Source: Patescibacteria group bacterium (GTDB lineage: Bacteria; Patescibacteriota; Patescibacteriia; Veblenbacterales; UBA10138). Taken from it: 64,000 bases of DNA. The translations under genes and the position numbers were made by a program. Shown piece by piece: positions 57,400 through 64,000 of the stretch. The stretch spans positions 45,723 to 109,722 of the forward strand of contig JBAZQK010000003.1 in the NCBI GenBank assembly GCA_041645215.1, given 5' to 3'. Position 1 is the first letter of the stretch. Every line of letters starts with the position of its first letter. The notes below the pieces were generated by a model that had not been told where the DNA came from, searched no databases, and saw only the letters and a list, made by a program, of their open reading frames with translations.

Positions 57400-59154
57400 T
57401 TAATCATTAGTGGCGGTTAATACCTCCTCCAAGGTTGTCAGACCTTGTAAAACCTTTAACAGTCCGTCTTGTTTCATTGATACCATTCCTTGACGATGCG
57501 CCTCGTCCCTGATCGCCTGGTAATTGGGCCCCACGGAAAGTATCGCCTGCAATTGAGGCGTATTAGCCAAAGATTCGGCAATCACGGTACGGCCGTGATA
57601 ACCGGTAAAGTCACAGCGATTACAGCCGGCGCCTCGTTTAAACACCCATTTGTCATTCAGGACCGTAGCTTTGACATCAGCCGGCAATAAATTTAACTCG
57701 GCTTTCATCTGGGCCAACAAATTGTCTGGCACTTTTACTTCCTGGGAGCAAAAACGGCAAACTTTTCGCACTAATCGCTGTGCGACCACAATATTGAGAG
57801 TTGACGCCAGCAGAAAAGGCTCAATATGCATATCAACCAAACGAGTTATGGCGCCAAAGGCATCATTAGTGTGCAGAGTGGACAACATAACATGTCCGGT
57901 TAAGGCGGCGTGAATGGCCAACTCGGCCGTTTCGGTATCACGAATTTCACCGACCAAAATGATATCCGGGTCCTGCCGTAAAATGGAACGCAACCCCGAC
58001 GCAAAAGTATAGCCGGCATCCGGATTGACCTGCGACTGGTTAACTCCCAACAAATAATATTCAATCGGGTCTTCCAAAGTAATAATATTGACGCCTTCCT
58101 CGTTCAAAATATTAAGCGCCGCGTACAAGGTGGTTGATTTACCCGAACCGGTCGGGCCGGTAACCAAAAACATCCCCTGCGCCTTTTTTAAACCTTCCTG
58201 AATCAATTTTAGGGTGTTGCCCCAAAAACCCAATTCTTCCAAAGTCTTAAGGCCGGTTGAAACATCCAAAATACGCATCACCACTTTCTCGCTGCTTAAC
58301 AGCGGCATCGTCGAGACCCGTAAATCAATCGGCCGACCCGACACGATAACTCTAATGCGTCCGTCCTGCGGCGTCCTGGTTTCATCAATTCTCATATTAG
58401 CCAAAATCTTAACGCGCGATATAATGGCGGAGTGGATGTAACGCGGCAAAACTATGGAAGTATGCAAAATGCCATCAACCCGGAAGCGGACCCGGCTATC
58501 CCCCTCCATTGGTTCAATATGAATATCCGAAGCGCCGCCTTCCACGGCGTGCCGTAAAATAACCGCCACCATCTTAGCCACCGGCGCCGCCTTTACCACC
58601 TCTTCCAGTTTGCCGGAATCTTCGCTCTCGGCGTCAGACGGCTGTAATTCATTTTTGCCCTGAAATTTATCCTCGGCCAGGGTTAGCGCCGCTTTAACCT
58701 CGCTTTTTAAACTGCCATAGCGTTTGATTCCATTAATGAAAGAATCCTGACTGGTAACAAAATAATGAACCTTCCAATTGTGCTCACGGGCGATAAATTC
58801 AATCGCCTCAATCGCCTTATAGTTGCCGGGGTTAACCAGCGCGACCGATACTTCCCTCTCGTTACGCTCAAACAAAACAATTTGATAATTCTCGGCAATC
58901 TCCTGCGGTATAAGTTTAATCACGTCCAACGGAATATTCCGGTCGGTCAAATCAACATAGGGCATATTATAAAGCTCGCTTTTGGCTGAATACAAGTCCT
59001 TACTGGCTATCAAGTCGCGTTTCAGCAAAATGTCTTCAAGCGGCTGACCAGCGGCTTGAGCTTCACGAACCAAAGACTTGGCCTGCTCCGAGCTAATTAA
59101 CTCACGGGCCAATAATATATCAATTAAGGTGGGGCTGTTTTTTCTTTTAGGCAT
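57400..59154 (-). CDS. pilB: Type IV pilus assembly ATPase PilB (GspE family)
   Basis: Walker A GPTGSGKSTT, Asp box DPDIILVGEIRD, His box, and a tetracysteine motif (CRFC ... CNRC). Confidence 0.9.
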   Translation of the reverse strand: MPKRKNSPTLIDILLARELISSEQAKSLVREAQAAGQPLEDILLKRDLIASKDLYSAKSELYNMPYVDLTDRNIPLDVIKLIPQEIAENYQIVLFERNEREVSVALVNPGNYKAIEAIEFIAREHNWKVHYFVTSQDSFINGIKRYGSLKSEVKAALTLAEDKFQGKNELQPSDAESEDSGKLEEVVKAAPVAKMVAVILRHAVEGGASDIHIEPMEGDSRVRFRVDGILHTSIVLPRYIHSAIISRVKILANMRIDETRTPQDGRIRVIVSGRPIDLRVSTMPLLSSEKVVMRILDVSTGLKTLEELGFWGNTLKLIQEGLKKAQGMFLVTGPTGSGKSTTLYAALNILNEEGVNIITLEDPIEYYLLGVNQSQVNPDAGYTFASGLRSILRQDPDIILVGEIRDTETAELAIHAALTGHVMLSTLHTNDAFGAITRLVDMHIEPFLLASTLNIVVAQRLVRKVCRFCSQEVKVPDNLLAQMKAELNLLPADVKATVLNDKWVFKRGAGCNRCDFTGYHGRTVIAESLANTPQLQAILSVGPNYQAIRDEAHRQGMVSMKQDGLLKVLQGLTTLEEVLTATND

Positions 59155-59171
59155 GAAGTGGTGCGAGTTCG

Positions 59172-59639
59172 TTATTGAATACCGGACGGCGTCAAAATGT
59201 GAAGACCGGCAGCCAAACCGGCAGTGGTACCTTCCAAATAAAAGGTCACCGTATAATTTGTGACGCTAGCCGCGGTCGTAAAAGCGTAATTGCAGACAGC
59301 CGAGCTGGAAGAAGTGCAGAGCGCGGTTCCTAAGGGGTCATTAAGGCCGCCAATGTTTATCATAAAATCAGCCAAACCGGCGGCCCCGGTACCGGTACAA
59401 GCCGACACCGCGGTGTCAATAGCCGCGCAGCCAGAAGGTTTATAACCAAGGGCGGGATTTTTATCATTAAATAATTCAATAGCGGTTTGCAACTGTTTCA
59501 TCTCGGCCACGCGTTTGGAATCACGAGATTTCTGCCGCGCCGCGTTTAAGGCCACGACCGCCAAAGTTGATAAAAGAGCAATGATAGATATGACTACCAA
59601 CAACTCCACTAACGTAAAACCTCTTTGTAATTTAGGCAT
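59172..59639 (-). CDS. Type IV major pilin (second paralog)
   Basis: MPKLQRG|FTLVELLVVISIIALLSTLAVVAL. The mature part is Cys-containing. Confidence 0.9.
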   Translation of the reverse strand: MPKLQRGFTLVELLVVISIIALLSTLAVVALNAARQKSRDSKRVAEMKQLQTAIELFNDKNPALGYKPSGCAAIDTAVSACTGTGAAGLADFMINIGGLNDPLGTALCTSSSSAVCNYAFTTAASVTNYTVTFYLEGTTAGLAAGLHILTPSGIQ

Positions 59640-59666
59640 AGGGTTTAGATTAATTAAGTTAATAAA

Positions 59667-60017
59667 TTATTTTTTTTTAATGAGCGAATTCAAATTAACC
59701 AAGGGCTCAAACGGGTTAAGCCGGCCCAGTTCTTTGGTTCGCAGCGGCACTTCACCGAAAATTTGCAAATTCTTGAATTGCGGATTATCCAGCAAATCAG
59801 TGGGTAACTTAACGGTTGACCCCGCTACGGCATTGTTGCCGGCATTGGGCAGCGGCATTGAACCAACTTTGTTACCCAACCCGACCAGTGGCGGCGCCGG
59901 GAGCGGCTTAGATCCAAAATTCACATACAGCAACCCTCCTATTATAATCCAAACCAACGCAATCGTGCCAGACAAAATGGCAACTTTCTGGCGGCTTAAT
60001 TTTTTTCGGGCTAGCAT
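59667..60017 (-). CDS. Small membrane-anchored protein in the pilus operon (PilP-like?)
   Basis: Single TM helix (VAILSGTIALVWIIIGGLLYV). Position after the PilO-like gene. Confidence 0.35.
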   Translation of the reverse strand: MLARKKLSRQKVAILSGTIALVWIIIGGLLYVNFGSKPLPAPPLVGLGNKVGSMPLPNAGNNAVAGSTVKLPTDLLDNPQFKNLQIFGEVPLRTKELGRLNPFEPLVNLNSLIKKK

Positions 60018-60029
60018 AAAGCAACAATA

Positions 60030-60638
60030 TTAATTGGCCGGTAAATAAGGACTGGCTAAGTTTATAATATAACCTCGTCGGGACTCGCTGGCGCTGCCAC
60101 TGCCGTAATTAAAAGCCACCCCGGTGACCGAGAGTAAACGCAAACTATTCTCCACATCGGCGATGAAAGTTTTAAGTTGAGTGTAACTGCCACTGGCCAA
60201 CGTCAAATTAATATTCAACAGTTTCGGACCCCTGTCACGGGTAATTGCAGCGCCGCCGCTGATATCGCTATTGTTTACAAAGCTGATAGCCGCGATATCA
60301 ATCTGATTTTTTTTGGCAATCCCCTCCAACTGGGCGACTAAATTGGGCAAATCCTGCCCTACTGGCAAAGTTATTTTAAGCCGCTCCGTCTGGTCTTGAT
60401 TTACAAGCGATATTTGCTTATTAATCTCCGTCAGAGTCGCTATATCATTCTCCACCCGCTGACGCGGACCATTGAATGATTCCAGGGGAGGCACGACGGA
60501 CATTTTCTGCTCTAAGGGCCGCCAGACCGCCAGCCAGCCAAACAGCAAAATAACCAGAGCGCCGGCGCCCGCCAATAACCAACGCTGTTGGACCCAAAAA
60601 TTCAACCGGGGTGAGGAGTCATTGCGTGGTAAGGCCAT
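60030..60638 (-). CDS. PilO-like pilus assembly protein
   Basis: Single TM helix, then a coiled-coil and a periplasmic-type domain. Position downstream of the PilN-like gene. Confidence 0.5.
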   Translation of the reverse strand: MALPRNDSSPRLNFWVQQRWLLAGAGALVILLFGWLAVWRPLEQKMSVVPPLESFNGPRQRVENDIATLTEINKQISLVNQDQTERLKITLPVGQDLPNLVAQLEGIAKKNQIDIAAISFVNNSDISGGAAITRDRGPKLLNINLTLASGSYTQLKTFIADVENSLRLLSVTGVAFNYGSGSASESRRGYIINLASPYLPAN

Positions 60639-60642
60639 AAAA

Positions 60643-61806
60643 TTATGGATTAACTGGCGCGGGATTAAAAATTACCGGTTTAAAAGTTAACGCTAGGGAA
60701 AAGGCCACGCCGGCCGCCTCACCGCCCGCGCCGCTAATCTGCTGCAAGTTGCTCACCTGAACATCCAAGACTTCGGGCGCCAACTCAAAGGCCCGCATCT
60801 GCCGCATAACCTCGGTATAATTTTCACCCCGGCCCTGCAAGGCCAACTTGCCCGAGCTGTCAGCGGCGAAGGAAGTAAAATAAACCGCTACGACTGAATT
60901 CTTTTCCAACCAATTAAATAAGGGCAACCAACTTTTCTTGACCGCTAACAAATCGCTGACCGTCTGCAACCTTGTACCCAACGACAGATTAGTTTCCGAC
61001 TGCTGGCGCAAATTTTCCAATTGCTGCTGCCGGGCATTAATGTCAGTTTGGGCTTTGTCAAAAGCTGACTGTCTTTGCAAAAGATAAAAATTAGACAGGC
61101 CATAAACCACTGCCACCGCCGCCAAACTGGCCAACCAAACCGCCGCCACCAACCGCTTGGCCGGACCTGATGGCTGAACCCGTTGACTAAACGGTATCAG
61201 GTTAACATCAACCAGCTCGCTGCCGGCGGCGCCGGCGGCGGCCGGCTGACTAAGTCCGGGCAAAACTGGCGGAATTGACAAAGTTGACCGACCAACTAAC
61301 TTAGGGAGCGAGCCATCAACTTTGGCAACTGCCTCCCCTTTAATTTTATCCGACGGAACGCCTTTGGCAACATAATGGTTCTGACTATTCTGGTAGGCCG
61401 GTATCGGTTCGGGTGATTTAAACGAGCCGTTAGCCTTATCACCCTCATTATCAGGGCGCGCGCCCAAGGCCGGGGCGGCCAAACTAGTTTTAATCGGCTC
61501 CACCGCCGCGGCCGCTGATTTAGCCGTTGCCACTACCTCCGCCTCTTTGGCGATTTTAGCGCTAGCTTGGTTGGTTGGGCCGAACACCGGTTGAATTGGC
61601 CTAGCTTTTTTAATCCACCGCTGGAGCAGCCTTTGCCACCACGTCAGCGCTTTACCGCCTGACGGCTCCACCGCCTTAAATTTCGGTTTTGAATACTCCG
61701 TAGGGGAGGCGGATGGTGTAATCGCCTGCTTTATTTTGCGCTCCCGTTCCCGCAAGTCATTGGGCAGTAAATTGATATCGTCAAACATAAATTTAAATAA
61801 TTTCAC
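60643..61806 (-). CDS. PilN-like pilus assembly protein with a long disordered insertion
   Basis: The N-terminal INLLP motif (DDINLLPNDLRER) is typical of PilN. One TM helix (LVAAVWLASLAAVAVVYGL), then a coiled-coil. It overlaps pilM by 14 bp. Confidence 0.6.
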   Translation of the reverse strand: MKLFKFMFDDINLLPNDLRERERKIKQAITPSASPTEYSKPKFKAVEPSGGKALTWWQRLLQRWIKKARPIQPVFGPTNQASAKIAKEAEVVATAKSAAAAVEPIKTSLAAPALGARPDNEGDKANGSFKSPEPIPAYQNSQNHYVAKGVPSDKIKGEAVAKVDGSLPKLVGRSTLSIPPVLPGLSQPAAAGAAGSELVDVNLIPFSQRVQPSGPAKRLVAAVWLASLAAVAVVYGLSNFYLLQRQSAFDKAQTDINARQQQLENLRQQSETNLSLGTRLQTVSDLLAVKKSWLPLFNWLEKNSVVAVYFTSFAADSSGKLALQGRGENYTEVMRQMRAFELAPEVLDVQVSNLQQISGAGGEAAGVAFSLALTFKPVIFNPAPVNP

Positions 61807-62860
61807 GCATGGCTAAACCAATGGCGCTGGAAAATTGCGGACCAATTTCGTCAAGAATCGGCTTCATATCCAGCGGATAGCTTATCCGCGCCCAGGGATC
61901 GCCAATATAAACTCGCAACTGGAAAATGCTCTCCAAATAATCGGTCAAATGCGGTAAAAACGACGAACCGCCCGTCAAAATAATCTTTTCAATCCCGTGG
62001 GGCGACTGACCTTGATAAAGGTTAAAAGTATATTTAATTTCATTTATAATCGGCCCAATTGATGTTTCTATCGTCTGGGGAATACTGCCGCTGCCGCCGC
62101 TGGAAATATTTAAACCGATATCTCGCTTAAACTGCTCGGCGCGCTTAATATCTATGTTCAGACTGCGCGCGATAGCCTTGGTTAAGGTGAATCCGCCAAC
62201 ATCAATGCTTCGATTTAAAATCGGAATGCCCTGTTCAATCACGCAAATATCCGTTCCGACAGCTCCCAAATCAACAATCATTACATTGGTTTTGGCTCCG
62301 CCCAATAAACTTCTTTCCAAAGCAAAAGCCTCGGTTTCCAAACTCAACAAATCTAAGCCGGCGCGACGAAAAATATCCAAATATCTTTTTACCACATTCT
62401 GCGGCGCCGCCGTCAATAAAACTCGTATATTATTACTGTTAGTGTCGGCCTTATCGCCTTGTTCATCATTAAGAATTTTCCAATCTAAAGTCATCTCGTT
62501 GATTGGCAGGGGCACGAATTTGCGCGCCTCCCAAGCCACCGCTGAACCCAACTCTTTTTGCGACATTGCCGGCAAACTTATAACTGAACTAAAAACCACA
62601 AATGTCGGTAGGGCTGAAACCGTGCGCTTGGCCTTTATATTAGCTCTCTTAGCAACTTCCTTGATCGTCGCCACAATGCGGCCAATATCCTGTTCGGAAT
62701 CAACTTTCGTGAAATCCTTAGTATTTTCCGCCCGTCCGTAAGTTACCAGCCGCGGTGTGCGATTGGCCCCAGCTTCCAACTCCACCATTTTAATGCTGGC
62801 GGTGCCAATATCAACTCCCAAGTAGGATTTTTTTCTGCCCCATGAACTAAAAAAACTCAT
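61793..62860 (-). CDS. pilM: Type IV pilus assembly ATPase-like protein PilM
   Basis: Actin-like ATPase fold signature (YLGVDIGTASIKMVELE ... GGGSSF). Length is 355 aa. Confidence 0.85.
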   Translation of the reverse strand: MSFFSSWGRKKSYLGVDIGTASIKMVELEAGANRTPRLVTYGRAENTKDFTKVDSEQDIGRIVATIKEVAKRANIKAKRTVSALPTFVVFSSVISLPAMSQKELGSAVAWEARKFVPLPINEMTLDWKILNDEQGDKADTNSNNIRVLLTAAPQNVVKRYLDIFRRAGLDLLSLETEAFALERSLLGGAKTNVMIVDLGAVGTDICVIEQGIPILNRSIDVGGFTLTKAIARSLNIDIKRAEQFKRDIGLNISSGGSGSIPQTIETSIGPIINEIKYTFNLYQGQSPHGIEKIILTGGSSFLPHLTDYLESIFQLRVYIGDPWARISYPLDMKPILDEIGPQFSSAIGLAMREII

Positions 62861-63062
62861 AAACGATTCGCAAATTTTTGTTTATAATTGATACCATTAA
62901 GCTTTATTATGAAACTTATCAACCAATATATTATAGCACAAAATAGTTTGTTAGTGAAGCTCTATAACGCCACCCCCGCCCAAGGTGGGCAGGCCGCGCT
63001 AAGTGGGGCAGGCCGCGTCCCGCCCCTTTTATACATCGTCTAGAGCATTCGGCAAGGGCTTT

Positions 63063-63220
63063 GTAAACCCCGTTACACCCCGTCCTGAAGGACGGGGCAT
63101 TTTGGGGGAAGATTTTTAATTTCCCATTCACTCTGTTAGAAGTCTCCACCGGTGGTGGAGTATCCCGATAGCCATTGGGATTACTTCTAACGGGGCATTC
63201 TGGGTGTAACGGGGTAAACT
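63063..63220. repeat. Structured inverted-repeat element upstream of pilM
   Basis: An 18-bp perfect inverted repeat (gtaaaccccgttacaccc ... gggtgtaacggggtaaac) encloses nested hairpins (cgtcctgaaggacgggg, ccaccggtggtgg, ctgttagaagt...acttctaacgg). Confidence 0.55.
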
Positions 63221-64000
63221 ATGGTATGTTAAACAGCCAAGCCGGCAAGGTGCGCAACAAATTGGCAAAGCCCGGCGGAGTGTTAACAATTATTCGGCCA
63301 TCCATAATCACTTTTTCCGCTGGTTCATTATTGGCGCTATAAGTCCTTTGCCAGTTAATTTTCTTAGCAATCAATGGCCCATAAATATTTAACTGCCCGC
63401 TGCCGCTACCGGTGTCAAACATTCCGCCGCCCGACTGGTCGCCAGCGACATAAATCGCGCCGACGGTGCGGGCGACACTGCTGGCAACCGTAACGCTCCC
63501 CCGCACCAGCCAACCAACCGAGGCGATATTGCTAATACTGCCTTGATACGGCCCGGCCTCATAACTTGAATCAGCGTTAAAGGTTAAATTTCCGTCCACA
63601 ATTATAAGACCCGCTCCGCCCTGACTCCCCGAACCATTTTTAAATGTAATCGGCTCGTCAATATCTAAATTACCTTTAAAATAATAAACTCGCCGGTTTA
63701 GACGATCATTGCCGCCTTGATTTAGGCTGTCACTGGCCGCCGTCGTCTGCCCGAGAGAACCCCAGACCTTAACGGTGTAACCGTAAATGTCAGTATCCCC
63801 GTTGGCTACCAGCGAACCGTTGGCTTTATGAATTAAACTGTAATAATCAAAGGTTCCATCCTGCGGCCGGTCGGATGTGGAAATAGTGGGATAAGGCACT
63901 GCCCCAAAATTTGGCCTGATGTAATCCACTTGCGGCGCGATAAAATTCTCTATTACTTTTAATTGCGTGTTGGTGCCGCCGCCTAAAATTAAATACTGGC
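63219..64000 (-). CDS. Partial CDS (3' end in window): Gly/Ser/Asn-rich secreted or surface protein
   Basis: The reading frame stays open from the GTG at 63927-63929 up to the window edge, so the gene starts beyond position 64000. The protein is Gly-rich and predicted to be beta-rich. Confidence 0.5.
   Translation of the reverse strand, partial: QYLILGGGTNTQLKVIENFIAPQVDYIRPNFGAVPYPTISTSDRPQDGTFDYYSLIHKANGSLVANGDTDIYGYTVKVWGSLGQTTAASDSLNQGGNDRLNRRVYYFKGNLDIDEPITFKNGSGSQGGAGLIIVDGNLTFNADSSYEAGPYQGSISNIASVGWLVRGSVTVASSVARTVGAIYVAGDQSGGGMFDTGSGSGQLNIYGPLIAKKINWQRTYSANNEPAEKVIMDGRIIVNTPPGFANLLRTLPAWLFNIP

Noticed and set aside
57490-58989. Plus-strand ORFs 57490-57690, 57650-57913, 58214-58441 and 58765-58989 inside pilB
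   Set aside because: All are antisense to the strongly supported GspE-family ATPase gene.
62931-63149. ORF 62931-63149 (-) upstream of pilM
   Set aside because: It coincides with the structured inverted-repeat element and is read through GC-rich hairpins. No RBS or motif supports it.

Overview
This window is gene-dense, almost all on the minus strand, and looks like a small-genome Gram-positive-type bacterium of the CPR/Patescibacteria kind. That taxonomic guess is my inference from gene content: gatC-gatA, many large surface proteins with N-terminal membrane anchors, and a type IV pilus locus with no secretin.

Recognisable housekeeping genes:
- recO
- an FAD-dependent geranylgeranyl-reductase-like oxidoreductase
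- ileS and argS
- the infC-rpmI-rplT operon
- smpB, with a tmRNA gene I located by eye next to it
- tRNA-Asp, lgt, two DsbA-like thioredoxins, a DedA protein, gatC-gatA and ligA

The type IV pilus machinery is split into two blocks. The first (40.7-44.4 kb) holds a PilX-like protein, three minor pilins and the prepilin peptidase. The second (53.3-62.9 kb) holds two major pilins, pilC, a degenerate PilT-like ATPase, a response regulator, pilB and pilMNO. A toxin-antitoxin island sits between the two blocks: three class-II Fic paralogs, HepT/MNT and RelE-like modules, then a 1032-aa Thr/Gly-rich repetitive surface protein.

The most unusual content is a four-gene minus-strand operon at 21-30.6 kb:
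- a UvrD-like SF1 helicase whose 2B region is replaced by a DEDDh (DnaQ-like) exonuclease domain
- a 933-aa protein with a degenerate DHH-phosphoesterase-like core
- a 112-aa acidic protein
- a 1234-aa coiled-coil protein with glycine-zipper membrane helices

An AbiEi / GIY-YIG-fragment / AbiEii locus lies next to this operon, and a cluster of small membrane and secreted proteins converges on it. I could not assign the operon to any described system.

The window also carries several families of short MITE/REP-like palindromic repeats. Two copies of one family sit in-frame inside ileS, and other copies extend ORFs of pilX-like and gatC. There is also a 3x tandem ~135-bp duplication of a promoter/5' region that carries two different small insertions. 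None of this was run through a database; all calls are from reading the sequence and recognising motifs.
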